The position numbers and the translations under genes were made by a program. DNA of 63,094 nucleotides, filler included, from Octopus bimaculoides (Eukaryota): the NCBI RefSeq assembly GCF_001194135.2. It is 6 parts of 6 records of this genome, joined end to end, with 100 filler letters (N's around TTAATTAATTAA, not from the genome) between each part and the next. Parts side by side here need not be neighbours in the genome. Positions count along the whole stretch, not along the records: positions 15,220 to 27,159 come from NC_068989.1; positions 27,260 to 45,646 come from NC_069002.1; 4 more parts are not named here. One strand, 5' to 3'. Shown piece by piece: positions 26,201 to 41,354 of the stretch. The notes under the pieces were generated by a model. It was not told where the DNA came from. It searched no databases and saw only the letters and a list, made by a program, of their open reading frames with translations. Every line of letters starts with the position of its first letter. Within the stretch, counting starts at the first letter, position 1.

Positions 26201-26712
26201 ATGCTCTCATGGCTTCTGAATCTTAACTGAACGGAAGTGCTGTCATGTACATAGTTTTATCTTGGTATAAAAGATGGGCTACAGCAAAGATTCTGCTCAA
26301 TATTACAGATTTGCTTTTCAATTGTTTGACCATCACCAGTTGAGCGCTCCCTTAGTGACTGACGATATGTGCATCTCTGATCAGAAGCAGAAGTAGTAGG
26401 GGAGCATCATAGCCATGTGTTTCTTTGGGGTTTGGATAATTCACCTTTGGGAACATGAGCGTTTCGTTCAACATTCTTAGACGACCTTTATTCATGAACA
26501 TTTTGAGTGGGATGGGCTACTCGAGTTGAAGAAAATTCTAACTGGGCCCCACCTGCAAGGTCATGTGCTGTTTAAACTGATATGAGATCACTATGGCACG
26601 CATATATGGTTGTGATACTTGTGCCTGGTGTACTCTTATCAGATGGGTAAACTGGGCTTATTATATTTTACCCCAGAGTCACTTTGATGGCATGTACTGC
26701 TCTCTCACTCAA
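26201..26712. mobile_element. Unclassified ~540-bp element in (TAA)n, copy 2
   Basis: Collinear with 21788-22325 (ctctcatg.cttctga.tcttaactga ... ccccagagtcact ... ctctcactcaat). AAT on both sides. Confidence 0.8.
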
Positions 26713-26754
26713 TATTAATAATAATAATAATGATAATAACGACAACAATAATCT

Positions 26755-26998
26755 AGACGTGATACCAATAGTAATTATGTACCTTCGAAGTATCAGCACT
26801 CGGCTACCAACTTGACTAAAAAAGATTGGTGCAAGTTTGAAGGTAGAGCATCTACAAAAATCAGCATTGCTTGGAACTGCAAGAATTCTTCGCAGAGTTC
26901 TTGAATCATGACCAGGAAACAAGTGTCACCTTATTCTGCTGGCTGTGGACTGATGACGCTTTCCATCAAACCCAGCAAAATAAAGTGAGTTTTTAACA

Positions 26999-27000
<2 letters not shown>
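26755..27000 (+). mobile_element. R4/Dong-type 3' end (second subfamily) in (TAA)n
   Basis: KIGASLKVEHLQKSALLGTARILRRVLES* plus a short 3' UTR, followed by (AAT)n. Confidence 0.82.
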
Positions 27001-27043
<43 letters not shown>

Positions 27044-27044
<1 letters not shown>

Positions 27045-27159
27045 GCCAACCATACAAGTATTTAGGAGTCAATGAACTAGATAGGATACAACATACACAA
27101 ATGAAAGAAAAAATAAAGAAAGAGTACTATAGACGAGTTAGATCAATATTAAAAACAGA
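27044..27159 (+). mobile_element. R4/Dong-type RT-thumb fragment
   Basis: QPYKYLGVNELDRIQHTQMKEKIKKEYYRRVRSILKT directly after (AAT)n; cut by a gap. Confidence 0.78.
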
Positions 27160-27334
27160 NNNNNNNNNNNNNNNNNNNNNNNNNNNNNNNNNNNNNNNNN
27201 NNNTTAATTAATTAANNNNNNNNNNNNNNNNNNNNNNNNNNNNNNNNNNNNNNNNNNNNTATATATATATATATATATGGATCAAAATAATTTGATTCAG
27301 AGTTTCAAGCGTGAGTTTAAGAGTTTCAATCTCG

Positions 27335-27465
27335 AGGACAGGGGATAAGTCGATTACATCGACACCAGTGTTCAAGTGGTACTTATTTCATCCACCTCGA
27401 AAGGCTGAAAGGCAAAGGCAACATCAGCGGAATTTGAACTTGGAATGTAAAGAAGGACGAAATAT
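27335..27465 (-). mobile_element. Nin-domain SINE fragment
   Basis: gtcgattacatcgac...ggtacttatttcatccacctcgaaaggctgaaaggcaaag...ggaatttgaact. Confidence 0.72.
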
Positions 27466-27520
27466 ATAATGATGATAATGATGACGATAAAAATAACTGT
27501 AACAATATCTGTATCACCAC

Positions 27521-27579
<59 letters not shown>

Positions 27580-27580
27580 G

Positions 27581-27682
27581 TAAACATAAGAGCACCACAG
27601 CAAACCACAGCACATACCCAAGGCGCACAGAGCTGCGCTCGGTAGTGAAGTGAAAGCACGTTATAAAAATAAAACTACTGAA
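27581..27682 (+). mobile_element. 102-bp R4/Dong 3'-terminal stub in (TAA)n
   Basis: Identical to 21529-21630 by base-by-base reading; AAT on both sides. Confidence 0.9.
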
Positions 27683-27998
27683 TAATAATAATAATAATGA
27701 GGATGATGATGATAATAACAACGACAACAATAGGAACAATCATTATCAAAATGATTGCTATTTGATCATACTTAAGTGATAAAAATGCGGAAACAAAAGC
27801 GGATACGTGAAAATGGAGAAACGAAAGCAAACATTGTGTTAGGATGACGTATAGGAATGCTTAATCCATTGGGAGAGGTGGGGGTGATTTGCAACAAAAG
27901 AAACAAAGAATACGAAAAGATGCATTCATAGGGAAATGAAGCAATGAAACAAATGTTATACGAAGTAGGAAATAAGACTCTCAATCAACTTTAGCCTC

Positions 27999-28048
<50 letters not shown>

Positions 28049-28189
28049 NNNNNNNNNNNNNNNNNNNNNNNNNNNNNNNNNNNNNNNNNTGTATACTGGG
28101 GTGGTTCATATATATATATATATATATATAGTGATGAACATATTCAGATATGTATGCATATTTTATGCATACTGATAAACATGTAACAG

Positions 28190-28245
28190 CAGGAACGCAT
28201 GCGCGCAGAAGAGATCGTACAGTGAAATCTCTAAGGCGCCATGTT
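28190..28245. promoter_or_regulatory. Possible promoter-like motif pair (NRF1-like and YY1-like)
   Basis: gcatgcgcgca at ~28197 and ggcgccatgttgg at ~28225 in a small CpG-containing island. Motif resemblance only. Confidence 0.2.
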
Positions 28246-28351
28246 GGCGTCAAGAACTCATGCTGGTTATCATCTCCAAAATGCAGCATGCTCTTTCTAC
28301 CTCCCTCACTAACAAACCCACATATATACATACAAACAGACATACATATAC

Positions 28352-28407
<56 letters not shown>

Positions 28408-28628
28408 GCTTTTGGAATACGAGTGTTATGGTACGCATACACTTTATGCATATACACTCATATTAATTCTCTTATTATATATATATAAGAATGTATTTCA
28501 ATGTGTGTATGCATGATTATATATATATTGACTATATGCCTATATATGTGGACGCACGCACATTCTCAAGCATACATAGACATATATATATGTATAACCT
28601 TGCATCAAATCCATATACCACTTTTATA

Positions 28629-28671
<43 letters not shown>

Positions 28672-29454
28672 GTGTATATGTACATTCATATGATATTCAT
28701 AAAGGCGCATATATATCCACAGATATTTTGCAGTTGAGCTAAACATTATATAGCCTCAAATATTTGCAACGATAATATATTGCACTTCGAAATACCAACA
28801 TTAATAACTATAAAATAAGTTTTATTTTAACCCAAATATGGCGCTCTTTCCCCATTTCTAATTCTGGATGTTAGAAATATGAACATACAGCAGGCTTTTT
28901 TAATATGTCCTTAGGGCATTCTATCATGTAAGCAGCGTTTAAGCAAAAAGGCAGCTATTATACACAATACTGTTGCCATTCATTGATTAAACCAAGCGAA
29001 TAACAAGCATGGAACGTTCTATGCACGGAATATTTTACTTATTAATTTCAGGAATTTCAATGAACGGCGATGCGAACTCATCGAAATAAATGTGAAATTC
29101 CTTATTATAGAATCAAGCCAAACACGTCAGGCATATTACGAATGTTAAGAATAATATTTAGCGTTCGTTTGTCCTTCGACTCATAGGTTGAACCTTCGTT
29201 TGACAATATTGCAATATATTATCATAACGCCTTCAAAAAGAGCGGTTTTCATCATCTCCTTTTTTTTTTTTGTTCTGCATAAAATATAGCCAAAACACCA
29301 ATAGACTAAAGATTAGAAAACGCAAGGTGCCATGTTATGATTGTCCTTTAAATGTATGTCTTGATGCATGTGTGTGTGCATATACTGTGAATAAGCATAC
29401 GTGCCATATATGTAAATGTATGTGTATATCTACACACGCGTTCAACATATAAGT

Positions 29455-29525
<71 letters not shown>

Positions 29526-30843
29526 CGTATGTATATATATTTCGTCTTTGTTCTCTTACGGATTTCACAAATTTGATGCCGACCACCAGTGAATTTCACG
29601 CAACTATTGCTTACATTTATATCCTGCAATTAGATAGTGTTTGAAGATCCATAGATTATTTTCGTGTGCAGCTAAGAAAAATGAACATTTCTACATCAAG
29701 AATATATAAACAACACTTGTGAACAATGCATGAAAGTTTTGCAAAGGTCATTGTGCTTCGTAGCAAGAAACAGGTTAAAGCACCGATACCGTAGTGTTAC
29801 TTTCACCAAAAACAATCAGAGGAAGGGACCTGCAGCAACATGAGCTGAGGTGCCTAGTGTGATTAGAACCTATCAGTTGAATTTAGTAAATGCGTAAAGT
29901 ATATATACATACGTGTGCGTGTGCATGTAAATACAAATGCTTGAATATCACTAAATATGTATACTCTCAGTATCTTCTTCCTCTTAAACTTGAAAGTCAA
30001 ACCGAATATTAGAAAAAAACGATTATCCCACTTCTGTTAACTCTTCCCGTAATTAATCCCTGAATATTCAAATGATGTCAGAATAATTCTAGGCAAAGCA
30101 AAGTAAAATCCAAATATTCAAGCGCGATACATATGAAAGAATTTAAAATAATACAAAATGATGTTTCCTTACAAATCATTGAGGCTTAATGCTAAACCAG
30201 TCAAGTAACACACTCCGCTTATTTCAATGGCTTACACTAATGGCTTGTATAATTATACCAACGATATTGCTTACAATCCCATTCTGACTATACCCACTAC
30301 AGTTTCCGTTCTTCTTATCAACCTGCTTTAGGATTTTGCAGTGAAATTTTACGTGTGATCTTTGAAGGTATTGTAAGACTTTCCGTCTTCTTAAGCATTT
30401 TCTTTCAATTATCCAGTATATTTTAGCTCCTGTAAATTTGCTCGATAACTGATTTCAATGTACAAGCGGTTGCTATGAGTTTTCTTCCGTTGTGAGATAT
30501 TATTTACTAGTTTATTAAAAGTGTGTATATCTAGATAATATATGTTGCTTTGTTTCGTTTTTTTTTAATTTTATTTTAATCGGTAAATAACTTCTGTTTG
30601 ATTGCGTTAATGGATTTATGACGGAGTTGAATTTGTGCTAAAAACTATTTTTGTGCATCAAGAATCGTATAAGGTGTGTAATGCAATACAAAGCCATACA
30701 ATCTGCTACACTCTCAGCCGGCTGACCGATACAGTATCCACTTGGCTACGATATCATTGAACTATTCTTAATGTAAGATATCCTTACGCAAGAATATAAG
30801 TGGTATATATATGTATATATATATATATATGTATATATAATAC

Positions 30844-30893
<50 letters not shown>

Positions 30894-31676
30894 ATTTTCT
30901 CACATGTTTCAATACTTTACACTCATTCATTATTTCTCTCTCTCTCTCTCTCTCTCTCGCTCTCTCAATTTCTCTATTGCTTCCTCTTTATCGCCTTCTG
31001 TCCCNNNNNNNNNNNNNNNNNNNNNNNNNNNNNNNNNNNNNNNNNNNNNNNNNNNNNNNNNNNNNNNNNNNNNNNNNNNNNNNNNNNNNNNNNNNNNNNN
31101 NNNNNNNNNNNNNNNNNNNNNNNTATGACGGAGTTGAATTTGTGCTAAAAACTATTTTTGTGCATCAAGAATCGTATAAGGTGTGTAATGCAATACAAAG
31201 CCATACAATCTGCTACACTCTCAGCCGGCTGACCGATACAGTATCCACTTGGCTACGATATCATTGAACTATTCTTAATGTAAGATATCCTTACGCAAGA
31301 ATATAAGTGGTATATATATGTATATATATATATATATGTATGTATGTATATATATGCAGAGAGCTTAAAAGTAGGGATATGTCAAATTCAGTGTTAACAC
31401 TCTATAAACCATTTCTAAAACTTCTATGCACCACGTGATTGAAATAACATCTTTGCAAATACGTGACACTCACAACATACGATGAGTGTTGTATGACAAG
31501 CGCAAGAGGTTACATGCTAAGTTATACTGAACGAGTTCTCATTTGGTTAAGTGAAGTTTGTACACATCACACATTTGCATTGAACGGTGCTTGGGAATTC
31601 GGACATTCCAATGATCATACAAGAAACACACCAAGGATATTCGTATATGAAAGCATATACATGTGTGCGTGTGTGT

Positions 31677-31775
<99 letters not shown>

Positions 31776-32312
31776 TTAGTTTGAATGAATTCGGAACGAT
31801 GTGGTTGGGGAGCAATTTTTTACCACAAAGCCACGTCAACGGCAGCGCCTACGCCCTAAATGCCACGCCTGTTTATATAAGATTGCGTTTTACTTTAGGG
31901 AGGTTCGTTACTTTCATTGTACTCCAAGCTAAGAAGTTTCCATTTCGTATGTAACATCTAGTTTACATGAGAAATTAATAATTAAGCATGATGAACAATA
32001 AATAAAATGTGTGAAACTATCTCAAGTTCTGTACATAGTGATTTCAGTATAGAATAAGTGTTGGTCGATATTTCTGATTATTCGAAAAGTATTTCACGAC
32101 AATTCGCCATTTAAATAGTCAACATCTTTTTAAGATCTGATAGCAACATAATTTAATAAATAAAACAATAATCAGATTTAAATATGTGTGTGTACATACG
32201 ATTATGTATATATTTATTTGTGGGGGGTGGGCACGTATTTGGATATATATATAGAATAAAGTACATATAGGACACGCATACACACACATACACACTCATC
32301 TACATATATAAA

Positions 32313-32349
<37 letters not shown>

Positions 32350-32470
32350 NNNNNNNNNNNNNNNNNNNNNNNNNNNNNNNNNNNNNNNNNNNNNNNNNNN
32401 NNNNNNNNNNNNNNNNNNNNNNNNNNNNNNNNNNNNNNNNNNNNNNNNNNNNNNNNNNNNNNNNNNNNNN

Positions 32471-32478
32471 TATATGTC

Positions 32479-32510
<32 letters not shown>

Positions 32511-32535
32511 ACTATATATATATATAATATATAGT

Positions 32536-32567
<32 letters not shown>

Positions 32568-32575
32568 GACATATA
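32471..32575. repeat. Perfect inverted repeat built from microsatellites, at a contig edge
   Basis: tatatgtctc(tatc)7taactat ... atagtta(gata)7gagacatata; the unit count is the same on both arms. Confidence 0.85.
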
Positions 32576-32885
32576 AGTGCGTGAGAGCTTCTGTACGTAT
32601 GCACCCACGTTTATATATGCTATAATTTAATAAATGTATGAAAGGTTTTCTTTTTTTCTTAAATCAACTAATTCAAACGTCAAAGAAGAGAATTTCAATA
32701 AATGTAAATATTTCTCGAGGCTTGCTGGAAACATATACAAACAAGGCACTCAATAACAACACATACTGCAATTTGACTTGTGCATATTATTCCACCTGCT
32801 CTCTCTTTAGCTTCCATTTAACCCTAGTTTGCTGCTTAAGAAAGCAGCAAACTCATATATATTTATATATATTTATATATGCAAA

Positions 32886-32956
<71 letters not shown>

Positions 32957-33482
32957 GATCTGAGATCTTGTGCTGAAGCAAATTCACTTGCAGCGTGGAA
33001 GTTGTTTCTAAGACATTAAAGCTGTGTTCCAAGTTGTGGCGTTCCGGGTTCGAGTTGGAGTACCAATTAGGCCAGGATTACCGAGTGGCCAGAAGACTTT
33101 TTTGCGCTGAATTGTTGTCATTCTTCTTCTTCTATCGTTCTGTGACACTCTCCATTGAACTGTTTTTATTTTTATTTTTTCTTCCTTTTTGTTGAGACTC
33201 TCTTTTGATTTCTTTTTTCTTCCTTCTTTTGTTGAATATTTTTGTGAACTGTTTTTGAACTTTTTGTATTAAAAATGTTGATGTAAAGGAAAAATTGAAA
33301 TCGAGGGCTTGTTGGTCGGTGGGCGCCGACACCCCTCTCATCTTTTTCATCTTATCATCATTCCATTCATCTCATTTTGTCTATGTCCAGCCCACAAGTT
33401 TCTATCTTTGTACTGCCCTTGTGGCAAATTTTATGAAATAAAGAAGCTTGCTTCCCAACCACATACATATATACATAGCTGC

Positions 33483-33521
<39 letters not shown>

Positions 33522-33547
33522 CATACATACATACATACATACATACA

Positions 33548-33583
<36 letters not shown>

Positions 33584-34137
33584 TATATGCATACATAGAC
33601 AGACAGACAAATAGATAGATATTTATATATGCATGCTCACGTCAGACTTTGCTGACATACTTGTCAACAATGGCCGCAATCGAACGTAAATTGGAGGGAA
33701 TAGGAAAAAGAAAACAATTTTCTTTTTCTGCTCACTGGTGACGGTAGCCATGACGATGATGGTGTTGATGTTCATGTTATTGTTATTGCTGGTGGTAGTG
33801 GTGGTGGTGGTGGTGGTGGGGAGGAAACAGATAGAGAGAGAATTAGAACTATGTTAGGGTGATGACCAATGCGTAAGGGAAATAAATGAAGAGAAGAAAT
33901 ATCGAATGAAGTAAATAGATGGGAGAAGCCTTCCAAAAGTAATCGATCGATCTGAGATTATTCACAAGTCGAGCCGCCGAACTAGAAAGCGGCGTGTGTA
34001 TATACACAAGAGAAAGTGAAATGAACATATATTCATCCGCACACACACACACACACACACATATGTGTGTATGTTTGTGTGTTGCCATGTGATCTGAAAC
34101 ATATGTAGACACATGTTATACGTTATGCATGCATACA

Positions 34138-34182
<45 letters not shown>

Positions 34183-34639
34183 NNNNNNNNNNNNNNNNNN
34201 NNNNNNNNNNNNNNNNNNNNNNNNNNNNNNNNNNNNNNNNNNNNNNNNNNNNNNNNNNNNNNNNNNNNNNNNNNNNNNNNNNNNNNNNNNNNNNNNNNNN
34301 NNNNNNNNNNNNNNNNNNNNNNNNNNNNNNNNNNNNNNNNNNNNNNNNNNNNNNNNNNNNNNNNNNNNNNNNNNNNNNNNNNNNNNNNNNNNNNNNNNNN
34401 NNNNNNNNNNNNNNNNNNNNNNNNNNNNNNNNNNNNNNNNNNNNNNNNNNNNNNNNNNNNNNNNNNNNNNNNNNNNNNNNNNNNNNNNNNNNNNNNNNNN
34501 NNNNNNNNNNNNNNNNNNNNNNNNNNNNNNNNNNNNNNNNNNNNNNNNNNNNNNNNNNNNNNNNNNNNNNNNNNNNNNNNNNNNNNNNNNNNNNNNNNNN
34601 NNNNNNNNNNNNNNNNNNNNNNNNNNNNNNNNNNNNNNN

Positions 34640-34679
<40 letters not shown>

Positions 34680-34798
34680 GTATATATATAAATGTGTGTG
34701 TTCATTATGTGTACTGATAGGAGGTGTTTAAGTAGTGCATAATTGTGCGTCAACGATTGGGCGTTTGCTGTAAATTATATTTTTGAGTCTGTATAGTT

Positions 34799-34835
<37 letters not shown>

Positions 34836-35196
34836 ATATATGTATGCGTACGTTTGTCCATGTGTATGTGTATGTGTGATAGGACTTGTCTATTTGCTTC
34901 TACGATAATTGAATCTTTACGTAGGACATGAAAATCTTCGGAATACCTTGAGTTAACTAATGAACGTACGTGCTTCACATCGCATAGTCCTACAGTTACA
35001 CATACACACAAGATCTAACATCGATGGACACAATACACACACAAGCCTTCAACTTACCTTCTATGCAAGAAAGTGATTGAATGGTACTGCCCAGGAATCG
35101 AAACTATGATGGTATCCATGGGGCAGCTGATGATGGAGGCATGTTGGATTGTTGGTATGGCTGTGGAATAGTATTATATCACATGCTTTTGATACG

Positions 35197-35252
<56 letters not shown>

Positions 35253-35512
35253 ATCACATATTTACATACATATAAACATTAGCAACATAACTATATAGTT
35301 ATTTCTGTGTATATGTCAACTTTTATATATACGTATCTATGAATGTATATATATATATTCATATATTCATAACTGTATATTCATGTGCATGAATGGAGTG
35401 TGAGCATGATGGAAGTCGTTGGACTTGTGTGAGTGTGGCAACATGTCGATCTCTCTATTGTATATCTATCTATCTAGTTATTTATACATATACATTTATA
35501 GATGTATATATA

Positions 35513-35551
<39 letters not shown>

Positions 35552-35561
35552 NNNNNNNNNN

Positions 35562-35597
<36 letters not shown>

Positions 35598-35838
35598 GTG
35601 TACACACATACACACATACGTGTGTGTGTAAGTGTGTCTGAGTTCATATAATGTGTGGATGTGGTTCATGTGTATCCATTTGATTACATATTGTTGAAAT
35701 AATTACCTGCATTGTCTTCTAATGGTTTTACACGTCAAATTTTCAGCAAACACATGCAAAAACAACTATTTATCATATGTTTGCCACTGGCAAACCTCAT
35801 TCTCCTGCATCTATATGGAAAGTGTGCTTCTAAAGAAC

Positions 35839-35897
<59 letters not shown>

Positions 35898-38655
35898 TCA
35901 AACTCAAATGCACGCGCGCACATAAATACATGCGTGTGTATATATTTAATTGTACATGTACATATATGTAGGTACATATGTGTGTGTTTATATATATATA
36001 TATATGTATGACATATATATACATATACATATATATGCATATACATATATACATATACATATATATATACATATATACATATATATATATATATCTATAT
36101 AGTTATGCACACATGCACTTTTGGATGTAGGAATGTACAAAAAGAACAATTATTTAATACATATGTCATTGGTAATGGATTTTATTTTATTCATTTTATG
36201 CAAAGATACGGTTTCCTTTGTCGCCACTTTGAGATTCATGTTACTCTGATGTTTCTCAAGGGCAACAGAGTAACACATGATGATAACTACCATGTTTGAA
36301 AACGGGCAGGTAACATGGTGCTACATGTATCGATAGTGCGAATATTCATTTCGTATAAATGAATAAATATGTGATCTATAGAATGGATTTGATGTCTAAT
36401 GAGATTTCTTCTTATTTACATAGTTCTGAGTTCCATCCAGTTGTGCTTGCTTCCCTTTAATAATTGTTGTTGTTATTATTGTTATTATTATGATTATTAT
36501 CATTAGTGTTGTTGTTGTTGTTTGACGGGTATTCTAATCCGGTTAACAGTGTGTACGCAGTTTGACCTGTTTCGGGTACTCAAAAAGATTTGAAAATTCC
36601 GCCTCTCTTGGATTCCTGTCCTTCCTACCTTCTCAAACTTTCGGCACATCTCCTCATCCACCATCACTCCACCGGAGTTACCATTGTATCTTAGTACTCT
36701 TTCGGACTCCGCTACCATGGATCTTACTGGCTTTTTCCGTTAACGTGTGTGTGTGTGTAATGTTATAATAAAAGCCACGAATCTGGTGAAATACAGCAAC
36801 CCAAGGTTTCCTGGTAGAAATAAAAAATCATTTGGACATTTTTAAGCTGAGAACATGGCAGTTTTTTAGTTGTGTTTTAAGTAGATGTTTAGAGCTGAAA
36901 CAGTTGGTAAGGAAGAAGAAAAACACAAAGGAGATAATACACACAATCACACACATAGAGGGAGCGAGAGATATGTGTACGTGTGTGAATTGACGTGGAG
37001 CGATGTCTCTACGTGTGTATGTGCGTGTGTGTGTATGTGGTATTATGACATGCAAGTACTGGAAAACAGGTATCTTTCAATCCACACCCTGTTGTTTGAA
37101 GTAAAATCAACAAGTCGACTAATGTGGATCTGGATGCACTTTACCGATGACAATTTTGGCTCGGTTGGATTGTCTTTCATCAGTGATCTTCTCGACCAGA
37201 GAACCAAAAGCGTACCAACACTATAGAGTTCCTGCGTTTGTATTGAGTCCTATAATTTCACGGAAGATAAAAAGTTTTTGGAAAAGTACCAATAGGGAAC
37301 AGATTTGCTAGATCCAGCTTTGTGGTAGGTAGCAGTTTCAAACCATTGAGTTCTGGCTGCAAGCCTGCGATGAAATTGGTGACATACTGTGGGAAGCTTA
37401 ACACAGTGGCGTGAAGATAGAGGAGGGGATGGCTTTGCTTGTGAGGGCATCTGTCAATATTTCAGAAAAATATCTTTCCTCATCATGCACAGAGATTAGA
37501 TTTATTGTAAAAACTGGAATCTATACTAGAATAAGTGTGTGTGCATGTGTGATTCCTAACTATCGTTGCATTTATCCCACGGTTATAGCCAGTATCTAAC
37601 AATACTATGTATTCTTGTTGTCTCTTTTTTTATCCTTGTATTCGTCTTCTAAAATATTCATTGTAAAAGAAATTTTATAACATTTGATCATGCGTATAGA
37701 AATTATCTTTTATATAGTTTCATTAATAAAATTCGCTACTGTAATATTGCTCACGTTCATTTATTCACAACTTTCTTTTATAGACACGAATTACTTTAAG
37801 AATAGACTTAATACAACATTTTCTCTCTAACTCCATTATGTAATATCTCGATGCTATTTGTTATCTATGTATGTTATATCCTTAGAGCCTCAACCTTGCT
37901 TTTATTTAATCGTCTTTATTTATATATTTATTTCAGTTCTATATATCTTTTATTTTTTGTGTTGACTTTAGACTATTTTTGTTTTTTTTTTATTTTTCTC
38001 TTTTTATAATTAATTATTTCAGTTTATTTTTATTCTTTCTTACCCTCATTTACATAGATGTCAATTCATATTATTCCGTTACTCCATAATGCTTCTCACT
38101 CATGCTGTTGTGTATAACTGTTCACTTGAATTCTTATAATAAATGTTGTTGGAGGTATTCTTTAAAACTTTTTTGCAAGTACTCCATTATATGAAGTAGC
38201 AGTGCTGTTCACTTGATTTTATAGTCGCCTGAGGTTCGGAGGCGAGAAACTTGTATTTGTAACTCGTCTAGTTTTAATTTAAAAAAATAATAAAATAAAT
38301 AAATAATAAATATAAATTCTGCTTGACGTACTGAGAAAGTTGTTTGCTTTTTAATGTTTGTACAGCTTATAAAACACGCGCATTTACTTCATACCGCTAT
38401 TTACGTTAGCTTAATGTAATGCCCACATTCCACACTAATCCTTTCCCTATCAAAACATGTAAGTGTCTCGATATGTGTGTGTATGTGTGCGTGATTGTGT
38501 GTCTGTGTGTCTATGGGAGTGTGTGTGCGTGTGTTTGTGTATGTGTGTGTGTAGTAAGTCCTGTAATTTATCGCTTCTAGTAAATCAACAGACATATATA
38601 TACGCATGTATGCGTATATGTGTGTATATGTTTATATATACATGTATGTGTATAG

Positions 38656-38712
<57 letters not shown>

Positions 38713-39358
38713 CGTGTGTGTGTGTGTATATATATAATGTTGCGTGGGTGCAACGAAAATTGTATAATTGGTGGGTTAAGTCACTCACTCATCGTTTTAG
38801 GATTACGTACTTAAAACTCTCAGCTACAAACATGAATGTAAAGACGAACACGCGAACTTTCGTCGCCTTATCACACATCACGCATCGCCATACATTCTCA
38901 GCACTACTTTAACAATATCAATGTAGCCATCTCCACTGTATAAGTAAGACGAAGCTGAAACTAATGCTAGCAATATCACTAAAATGTGTGTACTCGTCTT
39001 GAGAAGTTAAAGTTGCTGTTAACAGATGAAACATTGCAGCCATCTTCGTTTTTATAATTTTATTTATATTTTCTTCATTTTTTTTCATTCTTCTCTTTTG
39101 TTTGAAATTTTCTCTATTTCTTTTTCTTCTTCTTCTCCTTCTTCTTCTTCTTCCCCTTCTTCTTCTTCTTCCTGTTTATCTTTCCTCGTAGTATCCTTGT
39201 TATTGTTCTGTTGTCACGTTCGAATTTATGTTACTCGATTATTAAATTAAATATGGCGGTGAAACTTATTACAACTTTCATTTATCATAATGAAGCTTTT
39301 TCGTATTATTACCCTTAATGATATTTTCCCATTCGTTTTCTTCCACGTCATGCATTAT

Positions 39359-39413
<55 letters not shown>

Positions 39414-40367
39414 CATCATCATTAGCAGTAGCAGTTGTATTAGTATTATTATTACTAATGCCTTTATTTTATTACTGATGTCATTTATATTATATTCATC
39501 ATCAACATCGTTACTTTAAAAATTATATTAATTATTATTATTATCATCATCATCATCACTATCATCATCATTATCATCATCATTATTATTATCATTATCA
39601 TTACACGTTGGAATTTACTCTTCTTTAGCTGTTATATCTCTCAATATTATTAATAAATATAATCATAACGAAACTAAAACTGATCATACAATTACTAACA
39701 ATCATTACAATTCCCATTAAGGTATTTATTGTTATCAGTATTTTTGAAATTTTATTTTTATGTATTGTTTTTTTTATATATTTTTCTATATCATATTTTA
39801 ACATGTATTTTCATATCAAATTATTTCTTTAAATATTTTACATAAGCTATTACATCGAGATATTTTTGAGAGCAACCATTAGAAATTATCATTAGTTGTA
39901 ATATTTTTACTAAATTGTGTTACGTAAACTGATAACCAGAGTTTAATCTAATGTAATTCTATTAGTTCTTTGTATTGCAGCGCTGATAGAATCATTCGAG
40001 CGTCGGAAATACTGCCTAGCAGTTTTCCTTTTGGAACATTAGGTTCTGATTTCAAGTCCCACTCGGTTTTATCGTTGCGTTTCACTAACCGGAAGGGTTT
40101 CGATTATATAAAATGCTAAACAAATGCCAGGATCTATTGTATTGAATTAGATCCCACTCCCACCTCAGTCACTGATCTCGTGACTAAATCAGAAATTGTT
40201 AAGGGCAAAGAACAAGCAAAATCGTTAGACCGTCGAACGTACGTGCTTTGTGCTATTTGTTCCAGCTCTTTACATTCTGAGTGTAAATACCGCGGAAGTC
40301 AACATTGCCTGTCATTCCTACGTGCTGAATAGAATATGATATCAGTCTGGCAGAATCGTAGCACGAC

Positions 40368-40730
40368 GACGGGCTGGCAGAAACGTTAGCGCGCCGGGCG
40401 AAATGCGTAGCGGTATTTCGTCTGCCACTGCGTTCTGAGTTCAAATTCCGCCGAGGTCGACTTTGCCTTTCATCCTTTCGGGGTCGATAAATTAAGTACC
40501 AGTTACGCACTGGGGTCGATATAATCGACTTAATCCGTTTGTCTGTCCTTGTTTGTCCCCTCTGTGTGTAGCCCCTTGTGGGCAATAAAGAAATAGGTAT
40601 TTCGTCTGTTTTTACGTTCTGAATTCAAATTCCGCCGAAATCGACTTTGCCTTTCATCCTTTCGGAGTCGATCTAATCGACTGGCCCCTTCCTCCAAAAT
40701 TTCAGGCCTTGTGCCTAGAGTAGAAAAGAA
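40368..40730 (+). mobile_element. Young Nin-domain SINE followed by a second partial copy
   Basis: Near-consensus gctggcagaaacgttagcgcgccgggcgaaatgc...gactttgcctttcatcctttcggggtcgataaattaagtaccagt. The second copy restarts at ggtatttcgtctg (~40597). Confidence 0.88.
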
Positions 40731-41117
40731 TAAGGTATCAGTCAAGTAACAGAGTGCAAGGCATCGACTACCTTCTATCTTTCACTAGTTCTGGTTTCTC
40801 CCTAAATTAGAAACCATTAAAGGTTGCGAGATGGCAGGATCGTTAGGTATCAGCATAGGATCAAAGAACTGGCAGAAAACTAGCTCCAGATGGGGCGAAC
40901 ATGATGGCCTCAAATTTCAATGCTAGGCTGCTTTTGTTGTAAACTGACGAATAAAGCAGATAAGGTACCAAAGTATTGGTAAACTTTTGGCGCAACACAA
41001 TATTAACGCAATGACGAAGAGTAGTTGAGAGAGAGAGTCTCCCTGGAAAACACAACTTGCGTATTATAACGTTTCCTAACGATTCATTTGCGCATGTTAC
41101 TTTCACTTCTCATGCGC

Positions 41118-41280
41118 TCATTGCTTTTTGCAAAAAGCTGTTTGTCTTCTCATTGACTCTGAGCGTCCTTGCGTACTCCAAGAACTAGCAGTGTGGAAGA
41201 TTATCGAAAGCCTTTCTGCAATCGGTCCAGCGAAAGCTAAATTCCCTTGCCTCATGCGGTATTCTGTTGTAACTCTTCTG
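41118..41280 (-). mobile_element. R4/Dong-type RT fragment next to (ATT)n
   Basis: Minus strand WTDCRKAFDNLPH matches the W.DY.KAFDSVPH RT motif and abuts the (ATT)n tract. Confidence 0.7.

Positions 41281-41354
<74 letters not shown>

Noticed and set aside
30617-31340. ~215-bp identical duplication (30617-30830 and 31124-31340)
   Set aside because: The second copy starts exactly at a gap edge, so a haplotype or assembly duplication is most likely.
31463-31660. IWLSEVC resembling an SRCR second half
   Set aside because: The remaining cysteine spacing and splice sites are missing.
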